This document shows positions 19,947 through 28,481 of a stretch of DNA of 44,951 nucleotides, piece by piece (position 1 is the stretch's first letter; every line of letters starts with the position of its first letter). Under the pieces are notes generated by a model. It was given only the letters and a program-made list of their open reading frames with translations. It was not told the DNA's origin and made no database searches. The position numbers were made by a program, and so were the translations under genes. This stretch comes from an uncultured Rickettsiales bacterium (GTDB taxonomy: Bacteria; Myxococcota_A; UBA796; UBA9615): the NCBI GenBank assembly GCA_964492355.1, contig CAZBKF010000006.1, positions 1 through 44,951 on the forward strand, given 5' to 3'.

Positions 19947-20950
19947 GACGAGCCACCACCGTCCTGCTCGCCGCGCTCCTTCCGGCCTTCGCGCTGGCCG
20001 CTCCGGTCGTGCCCCGAGAGCAGATCATCGCCTCCCCCCAGGGCACCTGGTACGTCATCGTGCAGCCCGGCGGCGACTTCGACATCGTCAAGCGATCGCC
20101 CGATGCGCCGCCCATGCGGTCCCGGGAGGGCAAGGCTCCCATCACGGACGAGCAGCTGCGCCTCGGGGCGACCGCCGAGGAGGTGATGCGCTCGGCCGGA
20201 ATGCTCCCCGGGCTCCGCCCCGATCCCGGAGACGCGGTGTATGGCGGCGGCCAGCTGCGGGGCGACCCCCTCCACCGGCGGCACGTGTTCTATGACGGCA
20301 GCGGGCTCATCGCGCGCTACAGCAAGGGCCCCACCCAGTTCGACGGCATCGAGCCGATCCGGGAGCCCGACGGCGCCGACGTGGCCCTGGTCGCCGTCGA
20401 CTCGACGACGACCGGCCCCGATCGCACCCCCACCAACTACGTGCACCTGTACACCCTGAAGGACGCCACGTTCTGGGGTGACGCGGAGCGGCAGCTCGTG
20501 GTGATGGTGGCCGGCGGGGCGAACGTCGTCCTGACCGCGGACCGGGGCGCCGTGCTGCTCAACCGGACCCAGGGCAAGCGACCGCGGATGATCGCCTGGT
20601 CCCTCGCCTCCCGGGAGGTGGTCACCGCGCCCATGGAGTCGCTGTACACCCAGATGATGTCGCTGCAGGCCAAGCCGGGCATCACCGCGCTGCTCCTCGC
20701 CCGGGAGATGGAGCCCGAGGCGGTGCTGGAGCCCCTCAAGGCCATCGTGCGCGACCCCCGCCTGCCCCACGTCACCCGACTGCACGCCGCCGCGCCGCTC
20801 CGGGCTGCACCGACGGCAACCGCCCCCTCGGGGCGCCCGCCCCGGGGCGCGACGGGGCCCGGGCCGAGGAGCAGCCCGTCCCCTGGGCCGACGGCGTGCC
20901 GGCGGACGCGGATCCGAGCCGGGACTTCGCCATCCGGGTGCTGCCCGTGA
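19943..20950 (+). CDS. Secreted hypothetical protein. The C-terminal roughly 45 aa look out of frame; see the frameshift finding.
   Basis: The ATG overlaps the upstream stop (ATGA, 19943-19946). Signal peptide MRRATTVLLAALLPAFALAAP. Composition is protein-like up to about nt 20800, then a P/R/G/S-rich tail. Confidence 0.6.
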   Translation: MRRATTVLLAALLPAFALAAPVVPREQIIASPQGTWYVIVQPGGDFDIVKRSPDAPPMRSREGKAPITDEQLRLGATAEEVMRSAGMLPGLRPDPGDAVYGGGQLRGDPLHRRHVFYDGSGLIARYSKGPTQFDGIEPIREPDGADVALVAVDSTTTGPDRTPTNYVHLYTLKDATFWGDAERQLVVMVAGGANVVLTADRGAVLLNRTQGKRPRMIAWSLASREVVTAPMESLYTQMMSLQAKPGITALLLAREMEPEAVLEPLKAIVRDPRLPHVTRLHAAAPLRAAPTATAPSGRPPRGATGPGPRSSPSPGPTACRRTRIRAGTSPSGCCP

Positions 20951-21621
20951 GCCACGGAGACCGAGCCATCGACGACCTGGTGGGCATGGCGCTCGGGGAC
21001 GACGAGCGGATCGCGGCCATCGCCGAGGCCACGCTGCAGGAAGGACCGTGGCCCACCGACTCCCGTTGGCTCGAGACCATGGCCCTGCTCGCTCGAGACC
21101 GCGGCCGCCCCACGGCGACTCGGGCTCTGGCCACCCGCATGCTGGTGTCCCGCTCCGACGATCGGATCGGCGAGCTGCTGACGTGGCTCGCGGCAGAGCC
21201 GGAAGAGGAGATCTCCGAGCCGGTGCTCGAGGTGTACGGGGATCGGGTCGGTGACGAGCCCCTCATCGCGAGGATCACCACGGGCCTCGCCGCAGAGGAC
21301 CTGACCCACGAGTCCCTGCTGGCCGCGGTGGGTGCCCTGGCGGACCGGGCCTGGCGGAGCGAAGAGGCCCGGAGCGCGCTGCTCGGGCTGGTCCCAGACC
21401 CCACCGAGCAGACCGGCGACGACGATGACTCCGCTCTGCCCGAGGTCCCCGACTCGGTGCTCGTGGCCCTCGGAGCCCTGTGGCGCATCGACGATCCGCG
21501 GGTCGCTCCGCTCCTGGAGGCCTGGGCCGAGCACCCGGTCCCCGAGGCCGCCGCCGCCGCAGGTCACTCGCGATCGATCCGGTCCTGGCGGGCAGGCCGA
21601 GCGAGCCCCCCGCCCCAGTGA
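20896..21621 (+). CDS. HEAT/ARM-like repeat protein, possibly the continuation of the preceding gene
   Basis: Leucine/alanine-rich helical repeats (AIDDLVGMALGDDERIAAIAEATL.., LLTWLAAEPEEE.., VLVALGALWRIDDPRVAPLLEAWA). This frame stays protein-like upstream of the GTG at 20896, back to about 20815. Confidence 0.55.
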   Translation: MPADADPSRDFAIRVLPVSHGDRAIDDLVGMALGDDERIAAIAEATLQEGPWPTDSRWLETMALLARDRGRPTATRALATRMLVSRSDDRIGELLTWLAAEPEEEISEPVLEVYGDRVGDEPLIARITTGLAAEDLTHESLLAAVGALADRAWRSEEARSALLGLVPDPTEQTGDDDDSALPEVPDSVLVALGALWRIDDPRVAPLLEAWAEHPVPEAAAAAGHSRSIRSWRAGRASPPPQ

Positions 21622-21848
21622 CCCTCCGGGCCGGCCTCGTCCTGGGCGCCCTGCTCATCGGAGCAGCCCTGGGCGCGTCCCAGTCGTTGACCGACGCGTG
21701 GCTGCAGGAGCACCACACCCTGGCCCGGAACGGGGCCTGGGCCCTGGGCAAGCTCGCGCTGTCCCCTCCCACCGCAGGAGCGGGGCAGATGAAGGACACG
21801 CCGGCCGCCCTGCGAGACGACAAGCTGAACCTGGGAGCCTGGGGGGGG
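21618..21848 (+). pseudogene. N-terminal fragment (TM anchor plus the start of a jelly-roll domain) of the downstream SGNH-hydrolase gene, separated from it by a 1-nt frame change at a G8 run
   Basis: The GTG overlaps the upstream stop (GTGA, 21618-21621). It encodes VTLRAGLVLGALLIGAALGA (TM) followed by protein-like sequence. After the G8 tract (21841-21848) this frame turns R/G/P/H-rich, while frame +1 becomes the good one. Confidence 0.45.
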
Positions 21849-21876
21849 CTACCAGGAGCTGGCGCTGCGTTCACCG

Positions 21877-23127
21877 ATGGACGTGGAGCGGTTCGACTCG
21901 GGCTTCATGCTGGGACCGAACCACTGCCTGCACCTGTTCTGGGGAGCGACGGAGCAAGGCTCCGCGGGCGTGCGCCTGAGCACCAGCGAGGACCTGCCGG
22001 CCATGGCCTGGACGGCCGACGGCGACGGCATGTTCATCACGCGCACACCGTTCACGGCCCAGATCGAGCCCGGCTGGCGCCACGTCCGGGTGGCGATCGA
22101 GGAAGGGGGCGCCTACTCCGTCAGCGTGAACGGCTCCCCCATGGTCAAGGCGAAGGGCCCCCGGGCCGTCGGTCGAGTGGGGTTCCGTGGCTGCCTGGAC
22201 GACGGCTGGGTCGACGACGTGCGGATCCGGGGGCGCGACGGCCGGCGGGTCGCCGAAGACTGGGACGCCGGGGGCCGTGAGGCGGTGTTCGCGGCGGCCT
22301 TCCTGGTCCTGCTGCTCGGCGGGGGCCTCATCGTCCTGCTGGCTCGGTGGATCGCCGGGCCTGCCTCCCTCGTCCCGTGGCTCGGGGCCCTGCTCGCGCT
22401 CGTGGCGGTGGGCATCGGGGCGACGATGCAGCAGGTCCGGAACAAGCGGACCTGGGGCTTCGAACAGGACGCGATCGAGGCGCTACCGACCGTGCCGCCC
22501 CACGAGCTCACGGACCGGATCGCCGAGAGCCTCCCCTCCCAGGGCCCCCGGATCCTCTTCGTGGGCACGGGACAGACCGCGGGGCGGGGTACGACGGATC
22601 CCGGGTTGGGCTTCGTGGAGCGGACCTGCGCGCTGCTCCCTCCGACGCCCGACGGGCCCTGGACCTGCCTGAGAGGCGGCCTGCCCGGCGGCCAGAGTCC
22701 GGAGCTGTTCAAGCTGACTCGGGACCAGTGGATGAAGCACCAGCCCACTCTGCTCGTCCTCACGCTGGGCGGCACGGAGACGGATCTGCTGCGCTACCGC
22801 CGCTCAGTCGTTCGGTTCGCCCAGCTGGCAGCGGCAAGCGGAGCCCAGGTCGTGCTCACCATCGAGCCGACGTCGCCCGAAGCGGCGTTGACCTGGGACG
22901 AGGAGCGGCGAGCCGCCACGGGCCAGGCCGCACAAGAGCAGGGGCTGGCCCTGGTGGACCTGCACAGGGCCCTGGTGGAGCGACAGGACGACGGGCTGCT
23001 GTGGTGGGACCGACAGACCTTGAGCGGGGCGGGCCACCGGGTCGTGGCCGAGGAGCTGGCGAGAGCCCTCGGGCCCCTCCTCGCTGCCCCCACCTCCGCG
23101 GATCAACCCTCGGCGCAGAAGCCGTAG
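21877..23127 (+). CDS. Membrane protein with a LamG/DUF1080-like jelly-roll domain, two TM helices and a C-terminal SGNH/GDSL hydrolase domain
   Basis: GRVGFRGCLDDGWVDDVRI (concanavalin-like end strand). TM helices AAAFLVLLLGGGLIVLLARW and LGALLALVAVGIGA. SGNH-like blocks ILFVGTGQT, LVLTLGGTE and LSGAGHRVVAEEL. The frame is open back to 21829, so the ATG at 21877 may be internal. Confidence 0.75.
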   Translation: MDVERFDSGFMLGPNHCLHLFWGATEQGSAGVRLSTSEDLPAMAWTADGDGMFITRTPFTAQIEPGWRHVRVAIEEGGAYSVSVNGSPMVKAKGPRAVGRVGFRGCLDDGWVDDVRIRGRDGRRVAEDWDAGGREAVFAAAFLVLLLGGGLIVLLARWIAGPASLVPWLGALLALVAVGIGATMQQVRNKRTWGFEQDAIEALPTVPPHELTDRIAESLPSQGPRILFVGTGQTAGRGTTDPGLGFVERTCALLPPTPDGPWTCLRGGLPGGQSPELFKLTRDQWMKHQPTLLVLTLGGTETDLLRYRRSVVRFAQLAAASGAQVVLTIEPTSPEAALTWDEERRAATGQAAQEQGLALVDLHRALVERQDDGLLWWDRQTLSGAGHRVVAEELARALGPLLAAPTSADQPSAQKP

Positions 23128-23558
23128 ACGACCGAGTCGGTGGTCCCGTCGCAGTCCAGGTCGATCGTGAGCTCCCAGAAGCCGGGCATGAACATGTCGA
23201 TTCCATCGACGGTGTACTGCCCGATGACCGCCGTATCCTCGCTCCAGGTAGGCGCCGCGGCGGCCCCGTGGCCGTGGTCGGGCATGAACGAGGTCACGGT
23301 GGCCTCACATCCAGCCACCGGAGCGTTCGTGGCGTCCAGGACCTGCACGGTCCAGACGTTGTCACCCACGTCCGGGGGCGCCGGTACGGCCTCGGTCAAG
23401 CTCACCGTGAGAGCAGCTTCGACGCCCTGCACCTCGAGCCCTGCCGTGTAGGTCATGGCCCGGGTGAGATCGCCGCAGACGTGTCCGTCGTCGTCGTCCG
23501 CGGACGGGCAGCCCATCACGGGGAGCAGGAGCAGGCAAAGCAGCGCAGTTCGGACCAT
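23103..23558 (-). CDS. FixH/YtkA-like domain lipoprotein
   Basis: Lipobox PVMGC with a poly-Asp linker. W.V.V.D...PV.G..V.V..FMPDHGHG......G.Y...IDMFMPGFWELTI pattern. ATG at 23558 is preceded by GGAGG. The 3' end overlaps the SGNH gene by 25 nt. Confidence 0.7.
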   Translation of the reverse strand: MVRTALLCLLLLPVMGCPSADDDDGHVCGDLTRAMTYTAGLEVQGVEAALTVSLTEAVPAPPDVGDNVWTVQVLDATNAPVAGCEATVTSFMPDHGHGAAAAPTWSEDTAVIGQYTVDGIDMFMPGFWELTIDLDCDGTTDSVVYGFCAEG

Positions 23559-23682
23559 GAATGTCGCCTCCGTGCCCGAGTATGCCCACGACTCGAATCG
23601 GTTACCCGAAGCATCGGCGACCCGCGACACCATGCCGCAGTCCCATGTCTATACTCCCGCCTTCCAAAAAGCCGGAGACGGA

Positions 23683-25461
23683 ATGACCGCTGACACCATC
23701 CCCGCGCGGCTCTTTGCCCGCGCGAAGAAGACGCCCTCCAAGCCCGCCTACCACGTGCGCTCCGGCGGTGGGTGGAAGGCCACGGACTGGCGCGGCTACG
23801 CGGACGGCGTACGCACAGCGGGCAAGGCTCTCATCGCGTTGGGCTTCGAGCCCCAGGACAAGGTCACCATCCTGGGGTTCAACCGCCCCGAGTGGATCCT
23901 GATGGACCTGGCCGCCATGGCCGCAGGCGGCGTGCCCGCGGGCATCTACACCACGAGCTCTCCGGCCGAAGTCCAGTACATCACCGCGCACACCGAGGCG
24001 CCCATCATCCTCGTCGAGGACCACGCCCAGTGGGAGAAGGTCAAGGAGGTCCGGGACCAGCTCCCCAAGCTGAAGCACGTGGTGCTCATGGGCGGCGCCC
24101 CGGCTGTCGACGACGACATGGTGCTGACCTGGGATGCGTTCCTGGCCAAGGCCGAAGGCGCCTCGGACGCAGATCTGGACGCGCGGGTCGATGCCTTGAA
24201 GGACGAGGATCTGGCGACCCTCATCTACACCTCGGGCACCACCGGGCCGCCCAAGGGCGTGATGCTGTCCCACAAGAACCTGTCCTGGACGGCCAACGTG
24301 GCCCTGGACCTGGTCAACTACGCCGAGGGTGACAAGTCCGTCAGCTACCTGCCCCTGTCCCACATCGCCGAGCAGATGTTCACCCTGCACGCGCCGATCA
24401 CCGGCGGCGGGGTCGTCTACTTCGCCGAGTCGATCGAGAAGCTGAAGGACAACCTGGTGGACGTGCAGCCCCAGGTCGTGTTCGGCGTGCCCCGGATCTG
24501 GGAGAAGTTCTACTCCGGCGTGAACACCAAGCTCGGCGAGGCTCCGGCCATCCGTCAGAAGATCGCCGGGTGGGCCATGAGCGTGGGCCGACGAGCGAAC
24601 GCCGTGCAGAATGCTGGCGGCCAGGTCGGCGGCCTGCTGCGCCTGCAGTACCGCCTCGCCAACAAGCTCGTGTTCAGCAAGCTCCGCCCCGCCCTGGGGC
24701 TGGGAGCGGTCAAGGTCTGCGTGTCCGGCGCGGCGCCCATCTCGGCGGAGATCCTGGAGTTCTTCTCGGGCCTGGACGTGAGCATTCGCGAGGTCTACGG
24801 CCAGTCCGAGGACTCGGGTCCCACCACGTTCAACGTGCCCGGGCAGACCCGCTTCGGCAGCGTCGGTCCCGCGGTGCCCGGCGTGCAGGTGAAGATCGCC
24901 GAAGACGGCGAGATCGTGGTCAAGGGACCGAACGTCTTCATGGGCTACTACAAGGACCAGGCCGCCACCGACGAGACGCTGGTGGACGGCTGGCTGCACT
25001 CGGGAGACCTGGGCGCCTTCGACGGCCCGTTCCTGAGCATCACGGGCCGCAAGAAGGACATCATCATCACCGCCGGGGGCAAGAACATCACCCCCAAGAA
25101 CATCGAACTCGGCATCAAGCAGCACGTCGACATCGTCGGTGAGGCGGTGGTGATCGGGGACCGGCGCAAGTACCTGTCCTGCGTGATCTCCCTCGATCCC
25201 GAGGTCTCGCCGGCCTGGGCGAAGGAGCGGGGCATCGATCCCGACGCGATGGTGGATGACGCCAAGGTCCGGGCTGCCATCCAGGCGGGCATCGACGCCG
25301 TGAACAAGGACCTGGCCCAGGTCGAGAAGATCAAGAAGTTCGCGATCCTGCCGCGGCCCCTGAGCATCGAGCACGGTGAGCTGACGCCGACCCTCAAGGT
25401 CAAGCGCAGCAAGGTCAACGAGCACTTCGCGGACGTGATCGAGTCGATCTACGCCGAGTGA
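23683..25461 (+). CDS. Long-chain fatty acid-CoA ligase (AMP-forming, ANL superfamily)
   Basis: AMP-binding motif YTSGTTGPPKGVMLSH, plus GWLHSGDLG and GRKKDIIITAGGKNI. ATG at 23683 with GGAG 5 nt upstream. Confidence 0.92.
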   Translation: MTADTIPARLFARAKKTPSKPAYHVRSGGGWKATDWRGYADGVRTAGKALIALGFEPQDKVTILGFNRPEWILMDLAAMAAGGVPAGIYTTSSPAEVQYITAHTEAPIILVEDHAQWEKVKEVRDQLPKLKHVVLMGGAPAVDDDMVLTWDAFLAKAEGASDADLDARVDALKDEDLATLIYTSGTTGPPKGVMLSHKNLSWTANVALDLVNYAEGDKSVSYLPLSHIAEQMFTLHAPITGGGVVYFAESIEKLKDNLVDVQPQVVFGVPRIWEKFYSGVNTKLGEAPAIRQKIAGWAMSVGRRANAVQNAGGQVGGLLRLQYRLANKLVFSKLRPALGLGAVKVCVSGAAPISAEILEFFSGLDVSIREVYGQSEDSGPTTFNVPGQTRFGSVGPAVPGVQVKIAEDGEIVVKGPNVFMGYYKDQAATDETLVDGWLHSGDLGAFDGPFLSITGRKKDIIITAGGKNITPKNIELGIKQHVDIVGEAVVIGDRRKYLSCVISLDPEVSPAWAKERGIDPDAMVDDAKVRAAIQAGIDAVNKDLAQVEKIKKFAILPRPLSIEHGELTPTLKVKRSKVNEHFADVIESIYAE

Positions 25462-25468
25462 TCGACCC

Positions 25469-26932
25469 GTGCCGCTGAGCCCAGGTCTGACGATCGGGAA
25501 CTACGAGGTCATCGCTGCCCTCGGAGAAGGCGGCATGGCGTCGGTGTGGTCCGCTCGCCACATCCACCTGGACAGCAAGCACGCGCTCAAGGTGTTGGAC
25601 CCTGCCCTGCTCTCCAGCAAGGATCTGAGGGCCCGGTTCCTGAACGAGGGCCGGATCCAGGCCCAGATCCGCCACCCGAACCTGGTGGCCGTCACCGACG
25701 TCGTGGTGGGAGCGTCCCTGGCGGTGCTGGTGATGGACTACGCCCCGGGGGAGTCCCTGCGCACCCGGCTCGACGGGGGCTGGCGCGCCAGCGCGGACGA
25801 GGCCCTGGCGATCATGCTGCCCATCCTGGACGGGCTCGCCTACGCCCACGAGCACGGCGTCGTGCACCGGGACATCAAGCCGAGCAACATCATCCTCGGC
25901 GAGGCCCCCCGGGGCGGACCCATGCCGCGCCTGATCGACTTCGGGGTCGCAAAGGTCGACGAGGCGGGCGCGGTGTCCACGTCCGGGGCCAAGGGAGCCA
26001 CTCGCACCGGCGCGCGGATCGGCACGACCGAGTACATGGCCCCGGAGCAGGTTCGGGGGCTGTCGGACCTGGACGCGCGAGCGGACGTGTACGCGGTCGG
26101 CGTCACGCTGTTCGAGATCCTGACGGGACACACCCCCTTCGACGGACAGGACGACTTCGAGCTCATGAAGGCGATCGTGGAGTCCGAGCCGCCGGACGTG
26201 CGGAGGAGCGCACCGGACGTGCCGGCGTCCCTGGCCGCGGCCATCGGCAAGGCCCTGAGCAAGAGCCGGGGTGACCGACACACGTCGGCCGATGCGCTGA
26301 AGGCGGCGCTGGCCAACACACCTCCGGTGGCCCCCGCGCCGGCCATCGCCGCTGCGCCGGTGGCGACACCACGACCCCCGTCCGGGCCTCCGACCGCCTC
26401 CCCTGCCCCGGCCCGCCCGTGGTGGCCGGCTCTGCGTGAGCAGGCCCTGGCGGGGCAGGCGCCCCTGTGGTTCGCGGCGGTAGCCGCCGGGGTGAGCGGC
26501 CTGTTCGCGGGCATCGCCTACAACACGCTGTACTACAAGCTGAACGACCCCCTGGACCACTGGGTCACGCTCGGGCTGATCTGGCCGCTCCTCATCACCG
26601 CCCCGCTCTGGTTGGTCGCTCGGCCTCGGTGGCTCAAGGCCTCCGCCGTCGCGCTCGCCGCGGGGCTGGTCGAGCTCGGCGGCGAGGAGGGGCTGGGCGC
26701 CATGCTCAGCATCGGCGTGGTGGCGCTGGCGGTTCCGGACCAGCCGCTCAAGGGGCGACGGTTCGGACAGGCATTCCTGAGCGTGGTGCTGACCTTGGGC
26801 GCGATCGGGCTGCTCGTCCGTCGGGTAGACAGTGAGATCGTGGCCTACGCCATGTTGTTCGCGGCCGTCTGGGTCCCTGCCCTCGGGCTCCTCGCGGCGG
26901 AGCGTAGCCTCGGGCCGGGCGAGTCCGGCTGA
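25469..26932 (+). CDS. Ser/Thr protein kinase with a Pro/Ala linker and a C-terminal polytopic membrane domain
   Basis: GEGGMASVW (Gly loop), HRDIKPSNIIL, DFGVAK and GTTEYMAPE. The C-terminal 170 aa are hydrophobic helices. GTG start 7 nt after the ligase stop. Confidence 0.88.
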   Translation: MPLSPGLTIGNYEVIAALGEGGMASVWSARHIHLDSKHALKVLDPALLSSKDLRARFLNEGRIQAQIRHPNLVAVTDVVVGASLAVLVMDYAPGESLRTRLDGGWRASADEALAIMLPILDGLAYAHEHGVVHRDIKPSNIILGEAPRGGPMPRLIDFGVAKVDEAGAVSTSGAKGATRTGARIGTTEYMAPEQVRGLSDLDARADVYAVGVTLFEILTGHTPFDGQDDFELMKAIVESEPPDVRRSAPDVPASLAAAIGKALSKSRGDRHTSADALKAALANTPPVAPAPAIAAAPVATPRPPSGPPTASPAPARPWWPALREQALAGQAPLWFAAVAAGVSGLFAGIAYNTLYYKLNDPLDHWVTLGLIWPLLITAPLWLVARPRWLKASAVALAAGLVELGGEEGLGAMLSIGVVALAVPDQPLKGRRFGQAFLSVVLTLGAIGLLVRRVDSEIVAYAMLFAAVWVPALGLLAAERSLGPGESG

Positions 26933-28450
26933 TCAGACCCGGGGCAGGGCCTCGCTCTCGGCCAGGTACAGCAGCTTGTCGCCGATCCCCACCTGCACGT
27001 CGTCCGGCGGGTTGATCCGGTCCGTGCCGTCGCCGTCCTTGAACCCGATCAGCAGCACCCCGTGCTGTGCCTTGAGGACCTGGGCGAGATCGACGAACGC
27101 CGCCGGAGCACCGACCCCGTCGGGGATCCGCCCGACGTAGAGGCTGGCGAAGCCCGCCCCCACCACCCGGCTCATCAGGTCCGCGGTGCCGTGCTGCACG
27201 ACTGCATGGGACAGGAGCGAGAAGCCGAGGTTGGTCGTCTCGATGACCTCGTCGGCGCCGGCGGTGCGGGCGTGGTCGACGTTCTCGTGCTCGAGGATCT
27301 CCGCCACCATGTGCAGGTCGCGGCGTCGGTTCTTCGTGTCGGCGTGCCGACTCAGCCAGCGGCGGATCGTGAAGCAGGTCAGGATCGTGGTCGCGTCGGC
27401 CAGGGCGGGGGGCACCGACCGGGAGCCCACCAGGATCACGCTGCGCGCCTTGTGCAGGTGCACCTTGTCGAGCTCCCCCTCCTTGGTGGGATTACCGGTG
27501 ACCCAGGCGAAGTCGTTGGGCACCTCTGGGGGGCGTTCGCCGGCAGCGAAGATGACCAGGTCCGTCTTCGCGGGATCGAGCTCGTCGCCGAGGTTGTCCA
27601 GGAGCAGGCGGGAGCCCGACTCGTATCCACAGATGACCACGTGGTCCAGGAAGCCTGCCATCCGGTATTGCTCCTCACGAATCCCCAAAACGACGGAGAG
27701 CAGCGTGCTCCCCACGATGCCCGCGAACAGGGCGAGCATGAACATGCCGGACACCATCAGCGTGCCGCCGATGACCCGTCCGATCCCCGAGACGGGGGCG
27801 ATGTCGCCATACCCGACCGTGGTGATCGTCACCAGCGCCCACCAGAGTCCGTCCCGCAGGCTGTTGATGTCCGTGTTCTCTACCTGGGAGCCACCCTCCG
27901 CCAGGTAGATGGACGTGCCACCGAGGCCCACGCACAGCCCGAGCAGGGAAAAGGCCCCCAGGTACAGCAGGCGGTTCTCTTCGAACGCCCGGATCACCCC
28001 GGTCAGCGGGTTGTTGTAGCGAAACAGGCCCTGGAGGCGCACGAGCCGCAGCAGCCGCAGCGCGCGCAGGGCGCGGAGCTGGGGCAGCACGGCGAGCACC
28101 GTGATGATGTCGATGAGGTTCAGGGGCTCGACCGCGTAGCGCAGCCGCCCCGTCACGTGGGTGCGCAGGATCCGCGTGGGACCCATGTGGAAGAAGTCGA
28201 GCTCCGCCGGCCTCCAGGACCCGAGGCGCAGCGTGATCTCGATGCCGAACAGCACCAGGACCACCACGTCCGCGGCTGCGAGCGTCTTGTCCCAGCCCGG
28301 AGCCAGGTTGCGCTCCCCGGCCCCGGTCAGCAGGAACTCGAGGCCCAACAGGACGATCGACAGGAGGATGAGCGCCCAGACGGTCCCCTGCACCCACCGG
28401 TAGATGGTGGTTCCGGGCTCGTGGAAGGCAGCGTGAATCAAGCGATGCAC
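26933..28450 (-). CDS. Voltage-sensor-containing K+ channel with cytoplasmic RCK/TrkA-N domains
   Basis: Selectivity filter TTVGYGD, S4-like LRALRALRLLRLVRL, and a Rossmann-like RCK domain HVVICGYESGSRLL. Its stop abuts the kinase stop (TGATCA, 26930-26935). Confidence 0.88.
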   Translation of the reverse strand: MHRLIHAAFHEPGTTIYRWVQGTVWALILLSIVLLGLEFLLTGAGERNLAPGWDKTLAAADVVVLVLFGIEITLRLGSWRPAELDFFHMGPTRILRTHVTGRLRYAVEPLNLIDIITVLAVLPQLRALRALRLLRLVRLQGLFRYNNPLTGVIRAFEENRLLYLGAFSLLGLCVGLGGTSIYLAEGGSQVENTDINSLRDGLWWALVTITTVGYGDIAPVSGIGRVIGGTLMVSGMFMLALFAGIVGSTLLSVVLGIREEQYRMAGFLDHVVICGYESGSRLLLDNLGDELDPAKTDLVIFAAGERPPEVPNDFAWVTGNPTKEGELDKVHLHKARSVILVGSRSVPPALADATTILTCFTIRRWLSRHADTKNRRRDLHMVAEILEHENVDHARTAGADEVIETTNLGFSLLSHAVVQHGTADLMSRVVGAGFASLYVGRIPDGVGAPAAFVDLAQVLKAQHGVLLIGFKDGDGTDRINPPDDVQVGIGDKLLYLAESEALPRV

Positions 28451-28481
28451 GACACGGGTATCCCGCAGCCGACGGGTCCTG

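Noticed and set aside
23650-23655. A TATACT -10-like hexamer 27 nt upstream of the acyl-CoA ligase ATG.
   Set aside because: There is no acceptable -35 at 16-18 nt spacing. The best candidate is GCGACA at 20 nt. A single hexamer in a 124-nt gap is not sufficient evidence.
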